64,000 nt of DNA from a virus, in IMG/VR virus record IMGVR_UViG_3300025018_000111, positions 32,001 through 96,000 of that record; one strand, 5' to 3'. The notes beneath the pieces were generated by a model. The model was not told the DNA's origin. It did not search any database and saw nothing but the letters and a program-made list of their open reading frames with translations. Made by a program: the position numbers and the translations under genes. Position 1 is the first letter of the stretch. Every line of letters starts with the position of its first letter. Of this stretch, positions 1 to 9,110 are shown in pieces.

Positions 1-2
1 CT

Positions 3-428
3 GATAATATGTGCAAGTTGTTCGGGGTTCAGTCTCAGGAATGTTTAAAATACAATGAGTGGATGGTAAAAAAAGAGGCTGCTTACAATCTGAACAATGC
101 CTCTCAATTAGAAAGTGGCGAGGCTTACATAGATTATAGTTCGTTCATAATTAGAGAGAGTTCTGATTCCGACTTTTTCTCCATGAAAGCGGAACTAGAA
201 GAGGAGTTGCTAAGAATCTTGAGCCCAAGAGAAAGAACATTCTATCAGCTATTTTTTGTACAAGAGAAAACTTACTCATTTATTGCAGAGAAATTGGGAG
301 TCCAGATAGTTGAAGGTGACGAAACTCCTAAATCGTTAAAACTGATGGAAAAAAAGATCAAAGATGAGGCTGTAAAAATTATGGGGGAAAAAAGTTTCGT
401 ATTCAACAATATCAACGGAAAATCGTGA
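3..428 (+). CDS. C-terminal part of a sigma-70-like (region 4 HTH) phage transcription factor, truncated at the window edge
   Basis: Frame is open to the window start. LSPRERTFYQLFF...KTYSFIAEKLGV resembles a sigma region-4 HTH, and the gene sits directly before the packaging genes. Confidence 0.55.
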   Translation, partial: DNMCKLFGVQSQECLKYNEWMVKKEAAYNLNNASQLESGEAYIDYSSFIIRESSDSDFFSMKAELEEELLRILSPRERTFYQLFFVQEKTYSFIAEKLGVQIVEGDETPKSLKLMEKKIKDEAVKIMGEKSFVFNNINGKS

Positions 429-1687
429 AAAAATTAAACCTAAAACAAACAGAAGGAGATATTCTTAGAGATAAAAGAGTTAAAGAGAAGTCTGACCAAA
501 AATTCAGAGAAAGTGAGAAGAAGAGATTGGAGAAACTGGAAAGAAAAAATATCCAGCACAATCTGGAGTCTCATGACGGAAAGCACATCTTAAATCAAGA
601 ACAAGAAAAGAGGGCTTTAGAACTATGGAGGGAGAATAAGGATAATATTGATCTGAGAACTATTTGCGAGGACATATTTGGATCACCAGATATGAGATCC
701 GCCTATGGTCGAGCTTTAAAGGATTTCTTCTATCAAAAGGCCATTCGCATAAAAAAGGGATCTCCTATTGTTAAAGAGAAAAGAGAATACGAACTATCAG
801 AAGATCAGAAGAAATTCCTTGTCAATAACAAGGATATGTACGAGTCCAGATCTGAATTGTGCAAAAATTGTTTCGACGATCCGTATTTAAATCCATTGTC
901 CAAAGAGGCTAGGGCCGCGTTTAAGTTTCTAGAAGATATCGGGGCTTTTAGTGGGTCTTCTAGTAGGATGGATAGTCTTATTGATAAAAGACATTCTGGC
1001 TCTAAAGACTACAAACCTCCTGTAACATCTCTTCAAGCCATAAAGCTCGTAAATTCGTGTTTAAAGGACGTTTTAGATTCTTCCAATATCTCCATAAGGG
1101 AAAAGAGGAATATGGAGTCCTTGGTGGCATACATGAACAAAAACAGATTCCTCAGACAGATCATGTCATACGAGGAACCTGAAGATAGAACCACGTTTGA
1201 AAATTCCTTCATTTCTTACGTTTATGACAAAGGAGATTTAACTCAAGAAGAGTTGGATCAATATATTATCTTATCAACTTCTGTCGTAGAAGGATTCCAG
1301 ATTCAAAAACTCAGGGGTAAGGCTCTAAAAGCTGCTGAAGATTTGCTAGATGAGGAAGATAACGAATCAAAAGTATTAGGAAAGGGATTGGTGGATCATG
1401 CTGCTCAACTTAACACCGAGTACAATCAATGTGTAAAAAGACAGGGGGATTTGTTTAAGAGTCTTACTGAAAAGAGGTCCGAGAGATTACAGCAATTAAA
1501 AGGAAGGGATTACAACTTTTTCAATCTGGTGGAAGCTTGGAGAGAGCAAGAGAATAGGGATAAAATCATTCGGCAAGCCGAACGCCTCAAGGATGAATCT
1601 AGGCAGAGAATTGAAGAGATTGATGATATGAGTGAGATAGATGCGATGATTCTTGGTATGAGCAAGGAGGAATTCTTATATGGATAG
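425..1687 (+). CDS. Helical/coiled-coil phage protein, candidate terminase small subunit
   Basis: 420-aa charged helical ORF; GTGA overlap with the upstream gene; lies two genes before terL. Function is from position only. Confidence 0.3.
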   Translation: MKKLNLKQTEGDILRDKRVKEKSDQKFRESEKKRLEKLERKNIQHNLESHDGKHILNQEQEKRALELWRENKDNIDLRTICEDIFGSPDMRSAYGRALKDFFYQKAIRIKKGSPIVKEKREYELSEDQKKFLVNNKDMYESRSELCKNCFDDPYLNPLSKEARAAFKFLEDIGAFSGSSSRMDSLIDKRHSGSKDYKPPVTSLQAIKLVNSCLKDVLDSSNISIREKRNMESLVAYMNKNRFLRQIMSYEEPEDRTTFENSFISYVYDKGDLTQEELDQYIILSTSVVEGFQIQKLRGKALKAAEDLLDEEDNESKVLGKGLVDHAAQLNTEYNQCVKRQGDLFKSLTEKRSERLQQLKGRDYNFFNLVEAWREQENRDKIIRQAERLKDESRQRIEEIDDMSEIDAMILGMSKEEFLYG

Positions 1688-2612
1688 TCCTGTAGTTTGT
1701 AAAGAATGTGAGAAAGAGTTTCAAAATGAAAAAGGTCTTCATCTCCATTTAAAGTCTCATAAAATATCTATCCCAGATTATTATTTAAAATTTTTCCCAA
1801 GAAAAGATATTAAAACCGGAGAACCGATAAAATTCATAGATAAGGACCAATACTTTTCCTCAGATTTCAATTCTAGGAAAAATTTCAATATTTGGATAAA
1901 CGAATCCGAATTTGATGAAATTAAATCTTATTTAGAGATGAGGATTGAGAGACTATATTCTAAGAGAGAACCCAGATTTGAAATCTCCTCGTCTGAACTA
2001 GAAAGTTTAGGTGAAGTGGATATTCTTACTTATGATAAATATCTCGGAGGATATTATGACTATGTACAAAAATTGACGAAGACAAATAGGTTTTCTAACG
2101 ACATTAGATTCGATCCAGAACTCTTGGTCAACGAATCGATAATCATAGATAATAGAGAGCAAAATCCTTTCAATATCAAAAATTCAAAATTCGGAACACT
2201 AAAGTTTGGAGATTATTGTTTAGAGGATGAAAATCTTTCGGGAAGATTGAGGATAGAAAGAAAGTCTGCGTTCGATTTTATCCAAACTATGATCTCTGGA
2301 TTCGCAAGATTCCAAAAGGAGGTAAAACTCGCGGAGAAGAAAGATTATTATCTAGTGGTATTAGTTGAGGCTCCGGTTAAAAAATTACTCAGGCCAGAAT
2401 ACCATAAATTCTCGAAAGCCAACCCGCAATACTACTTTCATAATATGAGGAAACTCTGTCAGGAAAACAAAAATCTCCAATTTGTCTTTTGCTCAGGTAG
2501 AACCGAAAGCCAAGCTAGATGCAGAATTATATTAGAACAAGGAAAAGAATTACAGAAAACTGACATACATTACAATTTCAAAAAATATGATCTATTGCCC
2601 GCCGAACTATAA
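1680..2612 (+). CDS. C2H2 zinc finger plus ERCC4/XPF-type nuclease
   Basis: N-terminal CKEC-x12-HLKSH finger. C-terminal IIDNREQ, GDY and ERKSxxDF motifs of the ERCC4 domain. Confidence 0.8.
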   Translation: MDSPVVCKECEKEFQNEKGLHLHLKSHKISIPDYYLKFFPRKDIKTGEPIKFIDKDQYFSSDFNSRKNFNIWINESEFDEIKSYLEMRIERLYSKREPRFEISSSELESLGEVDILTYDKYLGGYYDYVQKLTKTNRFSNDIRFDPELLVNESIIIDNREQNPFNIKNSKFGTLKFGDYCLEDENLSGRLRIERKSAFDFIQTMISGFARFQKEVKLAEKKDYYLVVLVEAPVKKLLRPEYHKFSKANPQYYFHNMRKLCQENKNLQFVFCSGRTESQARCRIILEQGKELQKTDIHYNFKKYDLLPAEL

Positions 2613-4497
2613 AAAAGAATTTGAGGATATAAACAAAAAGCTAAAGTCTATAGAAGGGACTCTGGATATAAGAACTGCCGAGTCTACAATATTCTCATTT
2701 TTCCAGCATAATCTGAGATTCTTTTGTCAGCTAATGCTGAATATTGAGCTAGACCCTTATCAGGAAATGCTTCTCAAAGGAGCGTTAAATAGGAATTTTA
2801 GCTTACTTGTTATGACTCGTGGGGGCGGCAAAAGTTTTTTGATGGGGGTTTTTGTTATACTTCATAGCTTGTTAGAATCTAATAGCCAGATTATTATTTC
2901 TGGTCCGACATTCAGAACTAGCAAGTTTATTTTTGAATATGCTCAAAAGATCATAGAAGATCCTAAAAATGTTCTTCTTCGTCAATGTATGAAGGATACA
3001 AAGGGGAACAATGGTATATCTGGAGGAGGCGGAAGTGTTTTAAAAATGGATTTCATAAATGGAGCATCGGTAAGGGCTGTTCCTTTCTCGGACAAGATTC
3101 GTGGATTTCGAGCCAATGTTCTAATTTGCGACGAGTTTCTTTTAATGAGTGAAGAAATGGTTACAAGTGTTCTCAAGCCGTTCCTTGTCGCTAGATCAGA
3201 TATTAAAGAGTATCAAAAGATAAAAAGAAAAGAGGACATTCTTGTTAAGAAGGGTTTTATTTCTAATTCAGAAAGAACTCCTTTAACCAATAAGACTAAA
3301 ATGATTTCACTCAGTTCTGCATCTTTTACTTTTAATTATCTTTATCAGACATATTGTTCTTATAGAGATTTGATATATGGAATCATAAAAGAAGAGAAAG
3401 AGGAGAACGAAGAAGAAAGAATGCTGCAAGAATCTAGCAAGTATTTCCTAGCTCAAGTTTCTTACAAAGCAATCCCTGAACACATCTTAAATAGGTCCAT
3501 TATCAACGAAGCTAAGGAAACATATCCAAAGAGTTTGTTCGATCAAGAATATGGAGCTAAGTTCACCGACGGAAGTGACGGTTTTTTTAGCGCAAGAAAG
3601 ATGCAGGATGTTACTATTCCTAATGGAGACGAGCCTCATACTCGCATAATTGGGGCTTACGGGAAAGAGTATATTCTTGGTATTGACCCTAGCTTCTCAG
3701 ATTCTCCGTTGAACGATCATTTTGCTATGACTCTGATCGAATTTGATGAAGGAGATTATTCTAGGGGGACAGTTGTTCACTCGTATGCCGGTGTTGAAAC
3801 GACAATGCCTCAGCACATAAAATACCTTCATTATCTTTATACTCATTTTAATATTTCTTTCATTATTATTGATAATGCTGGGAAGCAGTTCATAGAATCC
3901 GCAAACGCTAGCGATTTGTTTGTCAAGGACGGAATAAACTTAAAATTCATTCGAGATTTTGATCCTACATTAACAGACAGAGAATATATTTCAGAACTAT
4001 CTCTACTGAACAGACAATATGATAAGAATAATCACACGATTTGTTATGCCCAATATTTCGGGAAAAATCATTTCATAAATAAGGCCAACCAATGCTTGCA
4101 AGAAGCGATTCATAATAAGAATATATGGTTCGCATCGAAGACAAGGGCTAATAACAGTTTTTACGACAAGGAAAGCAATAGATCTATTCCAAAAGATTTA
4201 ATATCATCCAATTCTAAATTACTTGGAGAGTCTGTTCTTGAGTTCATAGAATTACAGGATGACATGATCGATCTGACTAAAAAGGAATGTTCCCTGATTG
4301 AGGTGAAGATAAATCCTCAAGGTACAAGAACTTTCGATCTTCCATCTAATGTTAAATCAAGTAAAAGTAAAAATAGAGCAAGAAGAGATAATTATACTAC
4401 TCTTATGCTAGCTTGTTGGGCTAGAAAATTTCTTTATGACTCTAAGCAAAGTGGAAATCAGAAAAAATCAAATACGTTCGAGCCATTCTTTATATAA
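2587..4497 (+). CDS. terL: Terminase large subunit
   Basis: LDPYQ Q-motif, Walker A TRGGGKS, IRGFRANVLICDE Walker B, RNase H-like LGIDPS, and a late D (RRDNYT). Confidence 0.9.
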   Translation: MIYCPPNYKKEFEDINKKLKSIEGTLDIRTAESTIFSFFQHNLRFFCQLMLNIELDPYQEMLLKGALNRNFSLLVMTRGGGKSFLMGVFVILHSLLESNSQIIISGPTFRTSKFIFEYAQKIIEDPKNVLLRQCMKDTKGNNGISGGGGSVLKMDFINGASVRAVPFSDKIRGFRANVLICDEFLLMSEEMVTSVLKPFLVARSDIKEYQKIKRKEDILVKKGFISNSERTPLTNKTKMISLSSASFTFNYLYQTYCSYRDLIYGIIKEEKEENEEERMLQESSKYFLAQVSYKAIPEHILNRSIINEAKETYPKSLFDQEYGAKFTDGSDGFFSARKMQDVTIPNGDEPHTRIIGAYGKEYILGIDPSFSDSPLNDHFAMTLIEFDEGDYSRGTVVHSYAGVETTMPQHIKYLHYLYTHFNISFIIIDNAGKQFIESANASDLFVKDGINLKFIRDFDPTLTDREYISELSLLNRQYDKNNHTICYAQYFGKNHFINKANQCLQEAIHNKNIWFASKTRANNSFYDKESNRSIPKDLISSNSKLLGESVLEFIELQDDMIDLTKKECSLIEVKINPQGTRTFDLPSNVKSSKSKNRARRDNYTTLMLACWARKFLYDSKQSGNQKKSNTFEPFFI

Positions 4498-4554
4498 ATA
4501 TTAAGATTTAAAATCAAAATTTAAGATGCTAACTTAAAAATTAACAGATAAAAT

Positions 4555-4560
4555 GTGTAT
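4555..4560 (+). promoter_or_regulatory. Putative late promoter motif GTGTAT (portal)
   Basis: aatGTGTATagt, 8 nt before ATG 4569. The same motif precedes many structural genes. Confidence 0.6.
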
Positions 4561-4568
4561 AGTATTAT

Positions 4569-6542
4569 ATGAGCAGAAGTAAAACTTCAATTCCAAAAGA
4601 TTTAGAGGATTTAGAGAAAAGGAGAGGTAGGGTCCAATCAATATCACCTCTTTCTACAGAATTGTTCTCCAAATCTTCCTATGAATCGGACGCTTCCTCT
4701 AGCTCCTCATTCACCGATACGAATTACAGACGAAATTCCAGCTCTACTATTCGTAGGACCGATGCCTATAGAAATATTGAAGACGGGATGATTCCTCAGA
4801 CCGGATCTTCGTATATGGGTGGAACTTCAAGCGACAGCCCTTATACTATTCACGACGCCATAGAATTATGCCAGAAAAGCTATTATAATATTCCTGTTTG
4901 TAAGAATATCATTGATTTGATGGCGGAATTCAGTTCTACAGATATTTACTTCAAGGGCGGAACTAAAAAATCCAAGACATTTTTTGAAGAGTATTTTAAG
5001 TCAATTAACATTCACAAACTCCAAGACGAATTCTTTTTGGAATATTATAGATCGGGCAATGTTTTTCTCTATATCCATGAAGGATATATTTCGGATGAAA
5101 ACATGAGGAGATTGAAAAAGAATTTTGGACTCATTTTATCTGCCCTCGGATCTAAAATCCCTGTTAAATTTGAAATTCTAGATCCATCGTGCGTCCAGTC
5201 CGATGGCAATATAAGTTTTGCTAACAACTATTACAAAAAAGCCATATCTGGGTACGAGTTATCTCGATTAAAAAATCCAAAAACGGATCAGGACAAAATG
5301 GTCTTAGATTCTATGCCGAAAGACGTGCGGGATCAGATTACGAGACAAAAAGACGATATTCAATCTAATAATCATACGGTTTTCATCGATTTATCTGAAG
5401 ACAAAATTATTGCCATTTTCAATAAAAAAATGCCATACGAACCTTTTGCTGTTCCAATGTGTTGGCCAGTATTAAGAGATATAAATGCGAAAGAGGAGTT
5501 AAAAAAGATTGACATGGCGATAGCAAGAACCTCTCAACAGATGGTATTGCTTCTCACAATGGGCACAGAACTCAAGGATGGGACTGTTACTACCAATATG
5601 GAGTACATGAACAAAATGAGAGATTTGTTCAAAAATCAAAGTGTGAACAAGGTTCTTGTATCTGATTATACTACTAGAGCAGAATTCATAACGCCAAGAA
5701 TCGAAGATTTATTAACAGGTGAAAAGTACAAGATATTGAATGAAGATATTGCCAACGGACTGAATTCTATCCTAGCGGGTGGTGAAAAATTCAGCAATCA
5801 GAGTATCAAAGTTAAAGTATTTCTTGAGAGGTTGAAGCAAGGGAGAGAGGTTTTCAAAAGGGAATTTCTTATTCCTCAAATTAAGAATATTAGTAATAAA
5901 CTCGGTTTCAGAAAGTATCCAGAGCCTTATTTCCAAGAGGTTGATTTTAAGGATGAAATACAAATGAACCGAGTTTATACTCGACTTATAGAACTAGGGG
6001 TATTAACGGCGGATGACGGAATCAAGGCTATTCAAACTGGAGAGCTTCCAACTCCAGAGGAAAATCTAGAATCTCAAAAACTATTCAAAGACCAGAAAGA
6101 TGAAGGATTGTTTGACCCTCTTATCGGAGGAAAGAACAAAAGTGAAGGAGGAAGACCTTCTGGAACTTCTAGTCCTAAAACATCCGCTCCGATGACCGCA
6201 AATGAGGATAAAATATCAATTTCTAGGTTGAAAGAGACATATAAGATAGCATCAGAGGTTTACAAATCAATCGCCGAAGAGATTAGAGAAACTAACAATC
6301 TGACAAGACTCGGAAAAAAACAAAAGCAGATAGTAAGAGAATTGACCGACAATCTTATCATAAACGAAGGATTAGATAGTTGGAGAACAAAAGTTTCTTC
6401 ATATTGTTCGGGAAATTTCTCAGCGAAAACGTCGGCGGAAAGATTGGAATTGCTACACGAAGCGATGAAAGATTATGACGTTGATTATGTGGATGCGGCA
6501 CTGATTCTTGAAGTTAAGAAAGATCTAATGAATCATGAGTAA
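4569..6542 (+). CDS. Portal protein
   Basis: Follows terL; 657 aa; YYNIPVCKNIIDLMAEF and EYYRSGNVF segments typical of portals; C-terminal GGRP motif. Confidence 0.75.
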   Translation: MSRSKTSIPKDLEDLEKRRGRVQSISPLSTELFSKSSYESDASSSSSFTDTNYRRNSSSTIRRTDAYRNIEDGMIPQTGSSYMGGTSSDSPYTIHDAIELCQKSYYNIPVCKNIIDLMAEFSSTDIYFKGGTKKSKTFFEEYFKSINIHKLQDEFFLEYYRSGNVFLYIHEGYISDENMRRLKKNFGLILSALGSKIPVKFEILDPSCVQSDGNISFANNYYKKAISGYELSRLKNPKTDQDKMVLDSMPKDVRDQITRQKDDIQSNNHTVFIDLSEDKIIAIFNKKMPYEPFAVPMCWPVLRDINAKEELKKIDMAIARTSQQMVLLLTMGTELKDGTVTTNMEYMNKMRDLFKNQSVNKVLVSDYTTRAEFITPRIEDLLTGEKYKILNEDIANGLNSILAGGEKFSNQSIKVKVFLERLKQGREVFKREFLIPQIKNISNKLGFRKYPEPYFQEVDFKDEIQMNRVYTRLIELGVLTADDGIKAIQTGELPTPEENLESQKLFKDQKDEGLFDPLIGGKNKSEGGRPSGTSSPKTSAPMTANEDKISISRLKETYKIASEVYKSIAEEIRETNNLTRLGKKQKQIVRELTDNLIINEGLDSWRTKVSSYCSGNFSAKTSAERLELLHEAMKDYDVDYVDAALILEVKKDLMNHE

Positions 6543-7884
6543 CAACCTCTATCCCAATAGACAGAGCATATTCGTTGGTCCGGCTCCTAGTAGCGGATAC
6601 AATTTCTCTCTTTATAGTGATGGAAGCGGGAATGAAAATGATTCTGGAGATTATTTGTATTCTAATCATAATCTCTTGCAACCCATAGAACACGCTAGTT
6701 CTTTCTCTTGGGGGATCAATGATACTCGAACCGAGATCAAGCAATTATCTACCAAAGGAGCGTATGACAGAGTTTTCATTCAAAAACCGGTTGGCACTCT
6801 GGAGTTTTCTTACTTCAACAATGGGTTGAAAAACGATTGCAGAATTGGACTAGAGGCGAATTATGAAAGATGGGATTATCCCAATTCTGGTGTATTGTTA
6901 TATGGAGAATCTGGGATTTCCCCAATATCGGGATTTGATACCAATCTGTCAGAATTAAGAAGTTTCGATCCATTTCTTCCCAATCAGTATCGAGATAAAA
7001 GAAACATATTCTTTGTCAACAATTCTTTGAACAGAGATATTCTAAAATATAATTATACAGGAGACGATCATTCAATAAGAAATCTTATAGATACTAATTA
7101 TGCGAATTACGATGTTATCGGATTCGGTAACTGTTATTTAAACACTTATTCTACCTCCTGTTCCGTTGGGAGTTTAGTTCAATCTAGCGCATCCTTTTTG
7201 TTTGAAAACGTAGTGGGGTATGATAAGGGATCGGGCTACAATGCCCCAAGTTTAGATCCTGAGACTTATTCGTCTAATGGGAAAAGGTTCGCGATACCTC
7301 CAGTTTACAATTATCCAAATATGCTTCCTGTTACTCCAGACGATATTCAATCTACTATCACTTTGAATGATATTGGTGTAAATTTTGAGGATTTAAGTGT
7401 TCAAAGCTACAACATAACGATGGAGTTGAATCGTTTAAATCTTGAATCCATTGGGTATGATTTACCTTTGGATAGAAAATTAAACTATCCAATTTATTGC
7501 GAATTATCAATGGATGCGATTGTCCATGATTTTGCTACGGGGGAATTGAAATCATTTGCTACGGATAATTCTGATTATGATCTGAACATCAGACTCTATA
7601 ACCCAACACCTAGTAACGAGATGGATATTTCAATTCGATACGATTTTAGGAAAGCAAAGTTGTTGAATTACAGATACAGTAATAGTTTTGGAAATTCAAT
7701 GAGTGTTAATTTTTCATTTTCCGTTGAAGTAGATCCGTCTGATCTAACAAAAGGTTTTTTCATTAGCGGACAATTCAATGAACACCAAGACGAAAGACAA
7801 GATTATCTATTGGATGAAAATATTGATTTTTTGGTAGATGAGAATGGAGATAAGTTGATTACAAATTACAAACCGATCTATTAG
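6535..7884 (+). CDS. Tail-tube-like structural protein (paralog 1)
   Basis: Shares FVGPxPSSG, FGNCY..YS...VGS and VQSY....NR....G...DR...YP with 20132-21781 and 24000-25199. Confidence 0.55.
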   Translation: MSNNLYPNRQSIFVGPAPSSGYNFSLYSDGSGNENDSGDYLYSNHNLLQPIEHASSFSWGINDTRTEIKQLSTKGAYDRVFIQKPVGTLEFSYFNNGLKNDCRIGLEANYERWDYPNSGVLLYGESGISPISGFDTNLSELRSFDPFLPNQYRDKRNIFFVNNSLNRDILKYNYTGDDHSIRNLIDTNYANYDVIGFGNCYLNTYSTSCSVGSLVQSSASFLFENVVGYDKGSGYNAPSLDPETYSSNGKRFAIPPVYNYPNMLPVTPDDIQSTITLNDIGVNFEDLSVQSYNITMELNRLNLESIGYDLPLDRKLNYPIYCELSMDAIVHDFATGELKSFATDNSDYDLNIRLYNPTPSNEMDISIRYDFRKAKLLNYRYSNSFGNSMSVNFSFSVEVDPSDLTKGFFISGQFNEHQDERQDYLLDENIDFLVDENGDKLITNYKPIY

Positions 7885-7896
7885 AATTTAAAAAAT

Positions 7897-9003
7897 ATGG
7901 CAAACAAAGTTTTAGGGCAATATACTCTATTATCGGATTTACCTTCCGATAGCTTATTTTACACTGTTGTAAGTGGCGTCACTTATAAGACTACTATAGG
8001 TGCAATCCAAAGCGGATTTAGTCCATCAACATTAATATCTCTCTCTGATACCCCCTCATCATATGCAACGACATCTTCCCGATCCGATCCTAGTAAGTAT
8101 TATTTTTTAAGCGTAAATTCTCCCAATACAGCAACAGAGTTTGCTCAAGTCAGATTCACAGATCTAAATGAAACGCCAAGTTCTCTTTTAGGAAGCTCTT
8201 CTGACAGTTATGGTCAAAAATTCTTCGGGGTATCTCAAGGGGCATCTACGATTACCGCAGAATATGCGAAATTCACTGGACTAAACGATGTCCCTCACTC
8301 TTATTCTGCCTCCTCTTTGTATTTAGTTAGGGTGAATGCAGGTGAAACGGCTCTGGAATTTGTGGACCCAAGTTCTATTATTCCTAATACTACGGGATTT
8401 TTGCAATTAAATGATACTCCAAGCTCTTACATAGGTCAAGCTGGAAATTATCTCAGAGTAGATTCTTCCGAAACGGGCGTGGAATTTACTTCGGTAGCCC
8501 CTTCATCCTCTAGCATCTGCGGAGAGACGATTCCTATAAAAATTCCAGCATCAAGTTCAGCCGTCGAACAAGATTCATTCCCAGAAACTTTGATAAGACT
8601 TCAGTCTAATGATGGAGACCACTTCGTCTATTCGTCATGGATGAAACCTACGGGATTTGACAGTGGGAAGGATATAACCATTGATATATGTTTCTTTGGA
8701 GTAGAACACTCCTCTACAGAACCTCGTTATTATTACAATTTGTTTTGTGTTACGGGAACCACTGGAACGAACCCCTCGTCGTTCGATAAATCACTCGACG
8801 CCCCACTCCTTACCGATTATGTAGATATGACCGATATAGCGACACAAAAGCTAGTGAGGAAAAGGCACACCTTTTCAGCATTACTAAGCGATGATGTCGC
8901 GGCATTATATTTTTGCCTACAGAGAACTAACGGAACAAGTGGCGCCGAAAATTTATCGGGAATATTTTTAAATAGAATTGGATTGACATATCACCAAAAT
9001 TAG
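7897..9003 (+). CDS. Fibre/whisker-like virion protein with repeats
   Basis: Four LxDTPSSY-type repeats, three of them followed by (L)xVxxxxT(A/G)xEF; Ser/Thr-rich. Confidence 0.55.
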   Translation: MANKVLGQYTLLSDLPSDSLFYTVVSGVTYKTTIGAIQSGFSPSTLISLSDTPSSYATTSSRSDPSKYYFLSVNSPNTATEFAQVRFTDLNETPSSLLGSSSDSYGQKFFGVSQGASTITAEYAKFTGLNDVPHSYSASSLYLVRVNAGETALEFVDPSSIIPNTTGFLQLNDTPSSYIGQAGNYLRVDSSETGVEFTSVAPSSSSICGETIPIKIPASSSAVEQDSFPETLIRLQSNDGDHFVYSSWMKPTGFDSGKDITIDICFFGVEHSSTEPRYYYNLFCVTGTTGTNPSSFDKSLDAPLLTDYVDMTDIATQKLVRKRHTFSALLSDDVAALYFCLQRTNGTSGAENLSGIFLNRIGLTYHQN

Positions 9004-9049
9004 TCAAAATAATAAAGATCGAGAAAAATCGAAGAATGGGAGAATTTGT

Positions 9050-9079
9050 TTGACAATTCTTCCATTTTTGATGTATAAT
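9050..9079 (+). promoter_or_regulatory. Sigma70-consensus promoter of the RNR operon
   Basis: TTGACA (9050-9055), 18-bp spacer, TATAAT (9074-9079), 31 nt before the nrdB ATG. Confidence 0.75.
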
Positions 9080-9110
9080 ATAGGCAGCCATTGAGGTTTT
9101 AAAGAAATAT

